Of a stretch of 64,000 bases of DNA, positions 28,251 to 38,625 are shown in pieces. Below the pieces are notes generated by a model. It was given only the letters and a program-made list of their open reading frames with translations. It was not told the origin of the DNA and ran no database searches. The DNA lies in UHGV virus genome UHGV-1370948. One strand, written 5' to 3'. The translations under genes were made by a program, and so were the position numbers. This DNA comes from a virus. Each line of letters begins with the position of its first letter. Within the stretch, counting starts at the first letter, position 1.

Positions 28251-30163
28251 AATTCCTAAATCTGAAAGTTGAAAACTTTATGGTCATTGCTGAGGCCAGC
28301 GTTGATTTGGATAGCCGAGGCTTGGTTCTGATTCAGGGCATTAACGCCGCGGACTCCAGTGCAGCGAGTAATGGCGCCGGCAAATCAACGCTGATGAATG
28401 CTTTGATGTGGTGTTTGTACGGGGAAACAGCCACTGGATACAAGGGCGATGACGTTCTGAACTCAACGACGCCAAAGAACTGCCGCGTTTCCGTGACCAT
28501 TGAAGACGAAGGTAAGCAATATGCGGTAATTCGTCACCGTGCTCACAAAGAATTCAAAAATCGTCTCATTGTCCGCAGTGAAGACGGTGATTTGACCAAA
28601 GGCAAGGACACGCTGACTCAGGAACTGGTTGAGCGGCTGATCGGCTCTTCGAAAGAAGTATTCATGGCATCCATCTATGCCAGTCAGGAAGCCATGCCGG
28701 ATTTACCAGGTATGACGGATAAAAACCTGAAGGCAATTGTTGAAGAAGCAGCTGGCATCGACCGTCTGACAAAGGCTTATGCTATCGCTCGCGACAGAGC
28801 TAATGCGATGAGCGCTCGACTGGACAGAGCAAACGCACAAGCCGAAAGCACAGTGTCGCTTATCACTTCGACAGAGACAGAGATTGAGACCAGTACAGCA
28901 GCAGCCGAGGCGTGGGAGAGAACGCGTTCCGTTCGTCTCGACGAAGCACGAGCTGAAGCGACTATGATCGAAGTCAAGGTAACAGAGGCCAGCATGGAAA
29001 TGGCCGACATCCCGGCCACCATCAGCAAAATTGAGAATCAAATCACGGATGAAAAGAAAAAGCTTTCCGGCAGGGCTGAACATGATAAGAAAGTTCAGGC
29101 AGCGAACACAATGGTGGCTGATGCAGCGGCGGAGATCCGAGCGACTGAATCAGCCCGCGACAGAGCCGTTAGCGCAGCAAAAAAAGCCAAGCTGAATGCG
29201 GATAATGTCAATTCAAGCGTAGGCAAGCCATGTTCGACGTGCGGTAAGCCATACACTAGCGGTGATCTGTCTCACGTTCATGACAACTACGTCGGCGAAG
29301 TCCGTAAGTATGTAGGCGAAGCTAAATCACTAACAGCGGATTTAGCGGCCAAAACGGAGCGTCACGATAAAATCGTCGTGCTGCGTGATCGTCTTGTCGC
29401 CTCGACCCCCGACGTCTCCGCAATCACTGAGCGCATTTCTGAGCTTACCCGTAGTCTGGGTAACGTAAAGTCACGACAAGTTGAAATAAAAGCGGCAGAG
29501 AGTGCTCTGGCTCGCGCAAACGCACAAGTGAAAGCGATCTCGGAAGAAGTTAACCCTCACAATGCAGCCATTTCCCGTCATCGCGAAAATCTGGCAATCC
29601 ACAAAGAGAAGCTGAAAGAGATCCGACGCGAAATCGAAGGGATGAAAGATCAGGCACTGCTGCTTGAGAAGGCGCGTCAGGTTTACTCTCCGGCCGGAGT
29701 TCGTTCACATATTCTGACGGCGGTAACACCATTCCTGAACGATAAAACGGCGGAATATCTGAGCACGATGTCGGACGGCAACATCTCTGCCATCTGGTCG
29801 ACGATGGATACCACGAAGAAAGGAGAGATCCGCGACAAATTCAACATTGCCGTTGAGAAGACCGGATTCAGTAAAGACTTCCGCGGTCTGTCCGGTGGTG
29901 AAAAGCGGAAAGTGCGTCTGGCTTGTGCGCTGGCTCTTCAGGATATGGTCGCGAACCGGGCCAGCAAAAGCATTCAGTTGTTTATCGGCGATGAGATCGA
30001 TGATGCACTGGATTCGGCGGGACTTGAGCGTCTGATGGGGATTCTGGAAGCGAAGGCGCGTGAGCGTGGTACGGTGATGATCGTCTCGCACAAGGAGATG
30101 AAGTCGTGGTTCCGCGAAACGGTGACGCTGGAAGTCAAAGAGGGCCGCAGCTATGTCGTTTAA
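28247..30163 (+). CDS. sbcC: SbcC/Rad50-family ATPase (T4 gp46-like)
   Basis: 638 aa. N-terminal Walker A GAGKST. Long coiled-coil middle. C-terminal signature and D-loop region (LSGGEKRKV... DEIDDALD). Confidence 0.8.
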   Translation: MKFLNLKVENFMVIAEASVDLDSRGLVLIQGINAADSSAASNGAGKSTLMNALMWCLYGETATGYKGDDVLNSTTPKNCRVSVTIEDEGKQYAVIRHRAHKEFKNRLIVRSEDGDLTKGKDTLTQELVERLIGSSKEVFMASIYASQEAMPDLPGMTDKNLKAIVEEAAGIDRLTKAYAIARDRANAMSARLDRANAQAESTVSLITSTETEIETSTAAAEAWERTRSVRLDEARAEATMIEVKVTEASMEMADIPATISKIENQITDEKKKLSGRAEHDKKVQAANTMVADAAAEIRATESARDRAVSAAKKAKLNADNVNSSVGKPCSTCGKPYTSGDLSHVHDNYVGEVRKYVGEAKSLTADLAAKTERHDKIVVLRDRLVASTPDVSAITERISELTRSLGNVKSRQVEIKAAESALARANAQVKAISEEVNPHNAAISRHRENLAIHKEKLKEIRREIEGMKDQALLLEKARQVYSPAGVRSHILTAVTPFLNDKTAEYLSTMSDGNISAIWSTMDTTKKGEIRDKFNIAVEKTGFSKDFRGLSGGEKRKVRLACALALQDMVANRASKSIQLFIGDEIDDALDSAGLERLMGILEAKARERGTVMIVSHKEMKSWFRETVTLEVKEGRSYVV

Positions 30164-30851
30164 TCCGACAGGCAATCAGTTTGGTCAGATCGTTACCTGC
30201 GTTGCTGCAGCGCGGGTAATGGCTATGCGTTTTGGCGGTATTGTAGACTTCGGTTCTTTCACAAGCCATTACAAAGACAAGCTGACACACCAGCGCATTG
30301 CCGAGACAAGCGAAGCTCTGTTTGACGCTCAATGGATAGGCGATTCATCGCTTGTTTACATGGGGAATGTATTTGGTGTCGATCATATGGGCGACAGCAT
30401 CATCATTTCGAGCAAGGAAGACACTGATATTGTCTTTAACCCGGTGAAGTCCGTCAAAATGTCTGGCCGTATCCAGCATATGAGCGCAAGGATGGCTGTT
30501 CGCCGCGTTCAGAATGACATGGCTCGATTTGGGCAACGACATAAATCAAAGGCATTTTCGAAGGTGGAGATGCCGGTAACGCTGATTAGCGATGGTGTTC
30601 TGCACTTCGGCATATGCTTCGATGACAAAGTTGAAACAGGTTTCATCGTGTCGGCTGCTGACCCAGATGACGCAAATGAAAGCCTTCAGTACGCCAGTGA
30701 AACTATGAAAAAACTGGCCGTTTGTATCACTGAAATATGGCCCGATATCATTGCCGGCTTCTCAGAAATTCGGGCATCGGACTGCGAACTTGATGAATTT
30801 AGCGAGGTGAGAGAGCTTCGAAAAGCTAACCCCATTTGGGGAACGTGGTAA
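30153..30851 (+). CDS. hypothetical protein
   Basis: 232 aa ORF overlapping the sbcC stop. Confidence 0.5.
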   Translation: MSFNPTGNQFGQIVTCVAAARVMAMRFGGIVDFGSFTSHYKDKLTHQRIAETSEALFDAQWIGDSSLVYMGNVFGVDHMGDSIIISSKEDTDIVFNPVKSVKMSGRIQHMSARMAVRRVQNDMARFGQRHKSKAFSKVEMPVTLISDGVLHFGICFDDKVETGFIVSAADPDDANESLQYASETMKKLAVCITEIWPDIIAGFSEIRASDCELDEFSEVRELRKANPIWGTW

Positions 30852-30867
30852 CAACAAAGGAAAGCAC

Positions 30868-31440
30868 ATGAGTAATAAAATTATTAAATTCGCCGGGTTT
30901 GACCCAAGTCTTCGCAACTTTGGGATCGTCACTGGCTCATTAAACCTCGATACGTCAGAAGTGTCCGATGTGTCAATAAAACTGATTGAAACAGAGGCTA
31001 CTTCAGCAAAAAAAACTGTTCGAACCAATAGCGATGATCTGCGTCGGGCGAACGAAATATGGCGAGGCATTAAGCCAATCGTTGATAGCGTAAATATCGT
31101 GTTTGCAGAGCTGCCTGTGGGTAGCCAGTCTTCCCGCGCCCAAACGTCATACGGCCTGTGTCTCGGCGTTCTGGCGTGTATCGATAAACCCATTATTCAG
31201 TTGACACCAAATGACATCAAAATGCATATCGGCGGAAAAAAAGACACCTCCAAAAACACCATCATTGAATGGGCGGTATCTAAGCATCCGGATGCTGGCT
31301 GGTTTACGAAGAAGGTTAAAGGTGAAGTGAGTATTGTCAGCAAAAACGAACATCCGGCCGACGCATTGGCTGCGGTTTATACCGGACTGGAGACGGATCA
31401 ATACCGTCAAGCTGTCTCTATGATGAGAGCATTCTTTTAA
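30868..31440 (+). CDS. RuvC-like Holliday junction resolvase (putative)
   Basis: 190 aa. N-terminal FAGFDPSLRNFGIV resembles the RuvC ILGIDPG motif. Acidic residues at the expected positions. Confidence 0.55.
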   Translation: MSNKIIKFAGFDPSLRNFGIVTGSLNLDTSEVSDVSIKLIETEATSAKKTVRTNSDDLRRANEIWRGIKPIVDSVNIVFAELPVGSQSSRAQTSYGLCLGVLACIDKPIIQLTPNDIKMHIGGKKDTSKNTIIEWAVSKHPDAGWFTKKVKGEVSIVSKNEHPADALAAVYTGLETDQYRQAVSMMRAFF

Positions 31441-31480
31441 GTTAGCTTTATTGATAAGTAAGAGTTTACTTATTACTATA

Positions 31481-31510
31481 GGCCACTACATTTAGTGGCC
31501 TTTTTCTTTT
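31481..31510 (+). terminator. rho-independent terminator
   Basis: ggccact-acattt-agtggcc followed by tttttctttt. Confidence 0.6.
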
Positions 31511-33848
31511 GGATAACAACATGATTCGAATCATCAAACGGAATGGCAGTGTCGAAGCACTGTCTGAAGAGAAGTATAACCGCGTCGTTATGTGGGCAAC
31601 GGACGGTGTTGATGGCGTAAGCGCCTCTGCCGTCGCTATGGGAGCCGCAGCGAGTATCGTTGACGGCATGACGACAAGCCAAGTACACGACGCTCTAATC
31701 AAAGCTGCCGCCGATCTTATCAGTGCCGACACACCTAACTACAGCCAGGTTGCTGCGCGTCTGAGTATTTTCAAAATTCGCAAAGATGCCCACGGCCAAT
31801 ACGAATACCCTGACTTCTACGAACACATCCTGAAGAACGTTACTCGCGGCGTTTATGATGACGAAATCATGCATAAATACAGCTGCGAAGAGATCGACGA
31901 GCTGGGCGCGTACATGAAGCCTGAGCGTGACGACAACTTCGGTTACGCGGCCACGACCCAGCTGCGCGGCAAATATCTGGTACAACATCGAGTCAGCGGG
32001 GAAATCTATGAGTCACCTCAACATATCTACATGCTGGTGGGCATGTGTCTATATCAGGACTGGGCTGACGGTGATATGGGCAAAACACGGCTGGAAATGG
32101 TCAAAGGCTTTTACGATGTCACTAGTACATTCAAGCTGTCGTTACCTACTCCAATTATGGCCGGTGTCCGCACTCCTACTCGCCAGTTCTCAAGTTGCGT
32201 CCTGATCGAGTCCGGTGATTCACTGAAGTCCATCAATGCAACGACCTCGGCCATTGTGGAGTACATCTCCCAGCGTGCCGGCATCGGCGTTAACTTCGGT
32301 TCTATTCGTGCGCTGGGTAGCCCTATTCGCAACGGTGAAGCGACCCATACAGGTGTTATTCCGTTCCTGAAGCTGTTCCAGGCGGCTGTTAAGTCCTGTT
32401 CTCAAGGTGGTGTCCGCGGTGGTGCGGCAACGGCTTATTATCCGCTATGGCATCTGGAGGCGAATAGTTTGCTGGTGCTGAAGAATAACCGTGGTGTCGA
32501 AAGTAACCGTGTTCGCCACATGGACTACGGTGTTGAATTGAACCGCTTAATGTACCGTCGTTTGATCGAGGGTGGAGCTATCACGCTGTTTAGCCCTCAT
32601 GATGTTCCCGGTCTTCTGAATGCCTTCTATGCTGACCAGGATGAGTTTGAGCGTCTATATGTTCAGTACGAAAATGACCCGTCAATCCGCAAAGAGTCTG
32701 TGCCTGCAGTGGAGCTATTCTCTTCGCTTATGCAGGAACGAGCATCTACCGGCCGTATCTACATCGCCAACATCGACCATATGAATACGCATGGCGCTTT
32801 CGATGAGGCTGTGGCGCCTATTAAGCAATCTAACCTTTGCGCCGAAATTGCCCTGCCGACTAAGCCGCTGGCATTTACTGACGATCCGAACGGCGAAATC
32901 GCGCTGTGTACTCTGTCCGCATTCAATCTTGGCGCTCTTGAGTCTCTGGCAGATCTGGAAGAAGTAGCCTTCTACGCTGTCTCTGCGCTGGACTGTCTGC
33001 TTGATTATCAGGACTATCCGATGTTTGCGGCGGAAACACCAGCCAAGGCGCGTCGTAGTTTGGGGATTGGTGTAACCAACTTCGCTTACTGGCTGGCTAA
33101 GAACGGTGCAAAGTATTCCGGCGTTGATGGAAACAAACTGGTTCACGAAACATTTGAAGCGGTTCAGTTCTATTTGCTGAAGGCCAGTAACCTGCTTGCA
33201 TCAGATAAGGGAGCGTGCGAATGGTTTAGCCAGACGAAATATGCGAAAGGTTTGCTGCCTATCGATCACTACCGCAAGCAGCTGGACGCCCCAGAACTGA
33301 ATGCCAACCACCCTCTTCTTCTGGATTGGGATGGGTTGCGAAAAGATATTGAGCGATACGGTCTACGCAACTCCACTCTGTCCGCTCAAATGCCCTGTGA
33401 GACCTCCAGCCAAATTACCAACTCTACCAATGGCATTGAGCCGCCGCGTGGCCCGGTATCCGTGAAGTCGTCCAAAGATGGTGTCGTGAAGATGGTCGTG
33501 CCGGAATTTTCTCGCATTGGCGACGCTTACGAGTACCTGTGGGACATCGCTGATAACTTTGGCTACCTGACCAAAGTGGCGATCATGCAGAAGTTCATCG
33601 ATCAGTCTATTTCTGCCAATACCAACTATGACCCGACGCGCTTCCCCAATGGCCGCGTGCCAATGCAAAAGATGCTGACTGATTTGCTGGATGCGTATCG
33701 CATGGGGGTGAAGACGCTTTATTACCACAACACCCGCGATGGCGCCGGCGCTCGCGAAGACGACAAGATCACACATCAGGCGCATCTTCCATCTTCGACC
33801 GAATTTGTCGAGGAAGAGGATGAGTGCGGCGGCGCTTGCAAAATCTGA
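31509..33848 (+). CDS. nrdA: ribonucleoside-diphosphate reductase class Ia alpha subunit
   Basis: 779 aa. N-terminal ATP-cone. Catalytic region motifs (SNLCAEI, CTLSAFNLG). C-terminal CGGACKI tail. Confidence 0.9.
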   Translation: MDNNMIRIIKRNGSVEALSEEKYNRVVMWATDGVDGVSASAVAMGAAASIVDGMTTSQVHDALIKAAADLISADTPNYSQVAARLSIFKIRKDAHGQYEYPDFYEHILKNVTRGVYDDEIMHKYSCEEIDELGAYMKPERDDNFGYAATTQLRGKYLVQHRVSGEIYESPQHIYMLVGMCLYQDWADGDMGKTRLEMVKGFYDVTSTFKLSLPTPIMAGVRTPTRQFSSCVLIESGDSLKSINATTSAIVEYISQRAGIGVNFGSIRALGSPIRNGEATHTGVIPFLKLFQAAVKSCSQGGVRGGAATAYYPLWHLEANSLLVLKNNRGVESNRVRHMDYGVELNRLMYRRLIEGGAITLFSPHDVPGLLNAFYADQDEFERLYVQYENDPSIRKESVPAVELFSSLMQERASTGRIYIANIDHMNTHGAFDEAVAPIKQSNLCAEIALPTKPLAFTDDPNGEIALCTLSAFNLGALESLADLEEVAFYAVSALDCLLDYQDYPMFAAETPAKARRSLGIGVTNFAYWLAKNGAKYSGVDGNKLVHETFEAVQFYLLKASNLLASDKGACEWFSQTKYAKGLLPIDHYRKQLDAPELNANHPLLLDWDGLRKDIERYGLRNSTLSAQMPCETSSQITNSTNGIEPPRGPVSVKSSKDGVVKMVVPEFSRIGDAYEYLWDIADNFGYLTKVAIMQKFIDQSISANTNYDPTRFPNGRVPMQKMLTDLLDAYRMGVKTLYYHNTRDGAGAREDDKITHQAHLPSSTEFVEEEDECGGACKI

Positions 33849-33942
33849 TAACTAGGTGGGCGAAAGCCCGCCTTTCTTCTCTGTTTGAGAGCCTGCTAAG
33901 CCCACATACCATTACGTTACTGACAACTGAAGCGAATAAAAA

Positions 33943-34347
33943 ATGACTGTTTACGATCTGTCTGAGTTCGAAATCAACATCCGCCTGGCGAAGTTGATGA
34001 AATTGCAGGTTCAGGAAATTGATGACAGCCGATCAACCGGCATGACGTCGTGGTATCACCACCAGATGCCGCATACAGTCTGGGTTACGGACGGCGAATC
34101 ACCGTGGCGCCAGTTTTGCGCGACGCGTTCATGGGAAGACATTGGCCCGGTGATAACAGATTTGCAGATCGCGCTTATTCCAGAAGCCCACGAAGGTCGT
34201 TTAGGCACTGAAGACTCTGAAATGTGGGGTGCAAACGTCTATTACTCTGGCGGCGAAGAGTTTACTACTCGATATGTCCAGCGACCTGAGCTGGCCGCGT
34301 CTATTGCCGCACTTGTCGCGTTAAGCGGCACTGAATTTATTAAATAA
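33943..34347 (+). CDS. hypothetical protein between nrdA and nrdB
   Basis: 134 aa ORF. Confidence 0.45.
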   Translation: MTVYDLSEFEINIRLAKLMKLQVQEIDDSRSTGMTSWYHHQMPHTVWVTDGESPWRQFCATRSWEDIGPVITDLQIALIPEAHEGRLGTEDSEMWGANVYYSGGEEFTTRYVQRPELAASIAALVALSGTEFIK

Positions 34348-34360
34348 CAAAGGAAAACAC

Positions 34361-35503
34361 ATGTCATATTCAACCTTCCGTCTCGGCGCAAACGACGCGA
34401 CGAAAGAACCAATGTTTCTCGGCAACTCCGTTAACGTTTCGCGCTACGACGTTCAAAAGTACCGTGAATTCGAAAAGCTGATTGAGAAACAGCTGTCATT
34501 CTTCTGGCGCCCGGAAGAGGTCGATATCTCGCAAGACCGAATCGACTACATGACGAAATTGGCCGATCATGAGCGGCATATCTTCACCAGTAACCTGCGC
34601 TACCAGACACTATTGGACAGCGTTCAAGGCCGTAGCCCTAACGTTACGCTGCTGCCGCTGGCTTCCATCCCGGAGCTTGAAACGTGGATTGAAACCTGGG
34701 CCTTCTCCGAGACCATTCACAGCCGCAGCTACACCCATATCATTCGAGGCATGGTTGATGATCCAAGCGAGATTTTCGACGGCATCGTAACTGATGAACA
34801 GATTATCAGCCGCGCATCGAGCGTATCGGCAGAGTACGACAAGCTTTATCAAATGGTCTGCGCTCGCGAGCATCTCGGGGAAGATGAATTTGAGCGTCTG
34901 TACGCGTCTGAGTTCGGCGGGAAGCCATACCCGATGCAACGCCAGCTGTTCCGCACCCTCGTGTCTGTAAACGCGCTGGAAGCGATTCGTTTTTATGTCA
35001 GTTTTGCCTGCACGTTCGCGTTTGGCGAGCGAAAGCTGCTGGAAGGCAACGCGAAGATTATGCGACTGATTGCGCGTGACGAGGCGCTGCACTGCGAAGG
35101 CACTGAGCGCATGTTGCGAAATATGCGAAATGGTCGCGAAGGTTTGCTGTGGAAGCAGATCGCCGAAGAAGAAGAGCCGTTTGTCTACCAGACGATGCTC
35201 GACGTGGCCGAGCAGGAAATGCGTTGGGCTGATTATCTGTTCAAAGACGGCTCGATGATTGGTCTGAATGCGAAGATCCTGAAACAGTACGTGAAGTACC
35301 GCACAAATCTGGCGATGAAGCGACTTCATCTCAACCCTCTGTTTGACGATGTCACTTTCGATCCGCTGCCGTGGATGAACAGCTGGCTGTTCACCGACAA
35401 CGTTCAGGTGGCGCCGCAGGAAACGGAGATCCCTTCGTATCTGGTGGGGCAAATTGACGCAGCCGTTGATACATCAATGCTTGGCGGATTTGGCGATCTG
35501 TAA
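34361..35503 (+). CDS. nrdB: ribonucleoside-diphosphate reductase beta subunit
   Basis: 380 aa. Di-iron ligand helices (ExxH motifs). Tyrosyl radical region. Confidence 0.9.
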   Translation: MSYSTFRLGANDATKEPMFLGNSVNVSRYDVQKYREFEKLIEKQLSFFWRPEEVDISQDRIDYMTKLADHERHIFTSNLRYQTLLDSVQGRSPNVTLLPLASIPELETWIETWAFSETIHSRSYTHIIRGMVDDPSEIFDGIVTDEQIISRASSVSAEYDKLYQMVCAREHLGEDEFERLYASEFGGKPYPMQRQLFRTLVSVNALEAIRFYVSFACTFAFGERKLLEGNAKIMRLIARDEALHCEGTERMLRNMRNGREGLLWKQIAEEEEPFVYQTMLDVAEQEMRWADYLFKDGSMIGLNAKILKQYVKYRTNLAMKRLHLNPLFDDVTFDPLPWMNSWLFTDNVQVAPQETEIPSYLVGQIDAAVDTSMLGGFGDL

Positions 35504-35577
35504 GCCTTTTAGTTTGTTTTTGTGACCTGGTTCGCTGGGTCACAATAATCACATCATTCAAATGCACGGAATTAAAA

Positions 35578-36444
35578 ATGTTAAAGAAAGTATTAGAGAA
35601 ATCTCGCCTGAAATCTGAAGCCAAAAATGGTGCAGAAATCGACACGCTTTACGAGATCTACCCTGGCGGCTTCGACATTACGATGAAAATCGGCGAGATG
35701 GTGTCAGAGTTTCATGAATTATTTCAGCATCCGATCGCGGTCGACGTCACGCCTGAGCTTTTAGAACTGCGGGCTGGTCTTATCCGTGAAGAGGCTGTAG
35801 ACGAAGCTGCCGAAGCCGTTGAACGCCTGGACATGGATAAGGTTCTGGACGCTATGGCCGATGGTTTATACGTTGGTATTGGCACATTGATCAGCGTGCG
35901 TGGCGGTGTGGCTAACACCATGGCCCACTTCACAAAAGAGCAGAGCGAAGACATTTACACCAGCTATGTTCATGCTCATAGCAAAAAGCCGCAGGAAGAC
36001 ATCATCCTCGGGCTATCTCAGTTTGGTGTGGCCGTAGAAGAGCTTGAAATTATTGCGGCCAAAATCCGATCTGGGTATGCGGATACCACCAGTCTGGCCG
36101 TGGACTTGCGTGGCGCAATGAATCGCATCTACGTGGCGTCACAGATGGTTTATCACCTGGCGGATTTGATGAATGTCCCTGTTGTTGATCTGGTGGCCGA
36201 AGTCCATCGCAGTAATATGACTAAGCTTTGGCCGGCTGACGCCGAACTGCGCATGAAGTTGGTTGCGAAGTGCAAATACGACAAAGATGACCTGGCATTC
36301 CGTGTTGCTGAAGGTCGGGATGGCATGATCGGATATCGAATTTCTGATGGCAAGATCCTGAAATCGCCGACATATGACTCGGCGGACTTGTCCCGGTTTG
36401 TTGATATGGCAATGAACTCAATAATCGGGCGTCACTTTTTCTAA
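35578..36444 (+). CDS. MazG-like nucleotide pyrophosphohydrolase (putative)
   Basis: 288 aa. Helical EExxExxxA...D acidic ladders (REEAVDEAAEAVERLD). Assignment is tentative. Confidence 0.35.
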   Translation: MLKKVLEKSRLKSEAKNGAEIDTLYEIYPGGFDITMKIGEMVSEFHELFQHPIAVDVTPELLELRAGLIREEAVDEAAEAVERLDMDKVLDAMADGLYVGIGTLISVRGGVANTMAHFTKEQSEDIYTSYVHAHSKKPQEDIILGLSQFGVAVEELEIIAAKIRSGYADTTSLAVDLRGAMNRIYVASQMVYHLADLMNVPVVDLVAEVHRSNMTKLWPADAELRMKLVAKCKYDKDDLAFRVAEGRDGMIGYRISDGKILKSPTYDSADLSRFVDMAMNSIIGRHFF

Positions 36445-36547
36445 AAAAGATGAATTATGCCTTGATAAGTAAATACTTATTGATGTATATTCTTTCCCGC
36501 CTTGTATTATTTTGTTTTGCTTAAACACCACCCCGTAAGAACCTTAG

Positions 36548-36579
36548 CGGTCGGCCATTTGGTCGACCGTTTTTTTTTC
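36548..36579 (+). terminator. rho-independent terminator
   Basis: cggtcggcc-attt-ggtcgaccg followed by a T9 tract. Confidence 0.6.
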
Positions 36580-36639
36580 TGCAATACCTCTTGTTGTTGT
36601 GTAAAATAAGTAAATCATTACTTACCAACGAGAGACGAA

Positions 36640-37731
36640 ATGAACGAACTATTCGAAAACGGCCTTTTGACCGATTCATCCTACGCCTGTGTTCTCGCGG
36701 AAGCCGCCTCCTCCAACATTAAGTCAGACAATCGCACTGGAACTCCTACTATTGGCACCTGCTATGTGAATTCACAGTATCCGCTCTGGGGCGCTGCCGT
36801 TCCGCTTATCTCCGCCAAAGCCGTCAATCTGAAGCCTCTACTTGTAGAGCTTGAGTGGTATTTGAAAGGAACCGGTGATGTCTCTTTTCTGCGCGAACAC
36901 AACGTAAAAATCTGGGATGCATGGGTAAAAGAAGACGGCACGCTTGGCCCGGTATATGGCAAGCAATGGCGTCGCTGGAACGATACCCGGATCGTCAATC
37001 GATATGAATTCGTTAAAAACGGTCTGGACTATCGCAAGCGCGGCTACAAAGTCGAGGGTTATCTGGGCCACGAAGAAGATCGCGTCGTTCTCTCTCGTGA
37101 AATTGACCAGTTACAGCGCATCGTCGACAAGCTGCGAAGCAACCCGACTGATCGTCGCATGATGATGAGCGCGTGGAATGTTGGAGAACTCGAAGACATG
37201 GCACTGCCGCCGTGCCACTTCATGTATCACGTTTGGAGCCGCGAACTCGGCTTTGAAGAGCGTCTGCGCCAGGCCAATGCCATCGGTGAGGTTCATGCAA
37301 AATATCTCCACGAGTCACGCTATACGGCTCTACTGGCCGAGATTGAGCGCCGCGGCGAAGCCAGCGAAGAAATGCTGGACTCATTAAACATCCCCCGCCG
37401 TGCGCTCTGTTCGGCAATGATTCAACGTAGCGTCGATGTGTTCGTCGGTATGCCATTCAATATCGCCGGCTACGGCATCCTGACGTCTCTGATTGCTCAG
37501 ATCACCAACCACATGCCGATGATGTTCTCTCACTTCGGTATGGACGTTCACGTCTACGAAAACCACATGGACGGTGTTAACGAGATGATGGATCGCGACA
37601 TCCCGGAAAATTCAGACCCGGTCGTCATTTTTCCCGAGTCGTGGAAAGAGATTGATGACTTCTGCTGGCAGGACGTTCGCATCGAAGGTTACGCGCCGCA
37701 TCCGTGGATCAAAGTGCCGGTGGCTGTTTGA
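36640..37731 (+). CDS. thyA: thymidylate synthase (ThyA family) with two insertions
   Basis: 363 aa. GPVYGKQWR, catalytic ALPPCH, DVFVGMPFNIAGY (Asn, dUMP-type) and the ThyA-like C-terminus IEGYAPHPWIKVPVAV. Insertions of about 35 aa and about 55 aa relative to E. coli ThyA. Confidence 0.8.
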   Translation: MNELFENGLLTDSSYACVLAEAASSNIKSDNRTGTPTIGTCYVNSQYPLWGAAVPLISAKAVNLKPLLVELEWYLKGTGDVSFLREHNVKIWDAWVKEDGTLGPVYGKQWRRWNDTRIVNRYEFVKNGLDYRKRGYKVEGYLGHEEDRVVLSREIDQLQRIVDKLRSNPTDRRMMMSAWNVGELEDMALPPCHFMYHVWSRELGFEERLRQANAIGEVHAKYLHESRYTALLAEIERRGEASEEMLDSLNIPRRALCSAMIQRSVDVFVGMPFNIAGYGILTSLIAQITNHMPMMFSHFGMDVHVYENHMDGVNEMMDRDIPENSDPVVIFPESWKEIDDFCWQDVRIEGYAPHPWIKVPVAV

Positions 37732-37732
37732 T

Positions 37733-38146
37733 ATGGCTAAGGGAATGTTCGCGCTCGTGGAGCTGGATGACGTAGTCGCAGACAGCAGACACCGCGCCTC
37801 CGTAGACATTGAAAAAGACCGCATCGACATGATGTCCGGTGACGAGCTGATTTACCCAACGAGCAGGATGCTGAAAGGCTTCTATCGCTCGGGTATTGAA
37901 ATCGTGCTGGTCACAACCAAACGTCTTTTGAAAGAAGAGCGGGAAGTTACCCGGGCGTGGCTTTCCGCTCACGGCGTCAGTTACGACTATTTGGTTCAGG
38001 CCGAAAGCGTGGAGCATCTGGCTCGATGGATCAAAGACAACCAGCGGGAAAATATTTTTGTCATGGCGATTTGTGCTGGCAACAAGCTAATCAGCATGGC
38101 GAATAACCACCCGCACAAGCCTCATATTTACCAGGTTCAACGATGA
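37733..38146 (+). CDS. HAD-superfamily phosphatase (possible nucleotidase)
   Basis: Begins MAKGMFALVELDDVVAD, a DxDxV motif I. About 137 aa. Confidence 0.4.
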   Translation: MAKGMFALVELDDVVADSRHRASVDIEKDRIDMMSGDELIYPTSRMLKGFYRSGIEIVLVTTKRLLKEEREVTRAWLSAHGVSYDYLVQAESVEHLARWIKDNQRENIFVMAICAGNKLISMANNHPHKPHIYQVQR

Positions 38147-38625
38147 GAATGATAGCGGCCGTTGGCCGAAATTTTGAAATAGGCAGAGGAAATGATCTGC
38201 CTTGGAAATGCCCCGCAGAACTGAGTCTCTTCAGACAGTTGACGCATGGGTTCACCGTAATCATGGGCAGAAAAACAGCCGAGAGTCTGGGTAAGGCATT
38301 GCCGGGTCGACGCAACGTAATGCTGACACGTTCACCAGCTGTAGTGGCGCCTCAAGGCATCCAGAACGCCTCAGTCGAACGCTGTTTGCGCGAGTTCCCC
38401 AATGCGTGGGTTATCGGTGGCGCCGTCGTGTATGAGGTGATGCTTCCGCATGTGACGGAAATTTGGCTGAGCCATATCAATATTGAAGTGCCGGATGCAG
38501 ACGCTTTCTTCCCGTTTGAAGCAATGCGTCAGATGGGTTTTGAAGCGGTTGATAAGGTGAATGAATTTGCTGGTGATGAGAATTCACCATCGTTTAAACA
38601 AATTGTTTACAGGAAGTTGAAATGA
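38143..38625 (+). CDS. dihydrofolate reductase
   Basis: 160 aa. MIAAVGRNFEIG...LPW...VIMGRKT..S.G..LPGRRNV aligns with FolA. Confidence 0.8.
   Translation: MRMIAAVGRNFEIGRGNDLPWKCPAELSLFRQLTHGFTVIMGRKTAESLGKALPGRRNVMLTRSPAVVAPQGIQNASVERCLREFPNAWVIGGAVVYEVMLPHVTEIWLSHINIEVPDADAFFPFEAMRQMGFEAVDKVNEFAGDENSPSFKQIVYRKLK

Noticed and set aside
36640-37731. ThyA homologue as a dUMP/dCMP hydroxymethylase for base hypermodification
   Set aside because: The specificity residue is Asn (PFNIAGY). The C-terminus is ThyA-like. A DHFR gene follows directly, which only makes sense if the enzyme oxidises tetrahydrofolate as true thymidylate synthase does.
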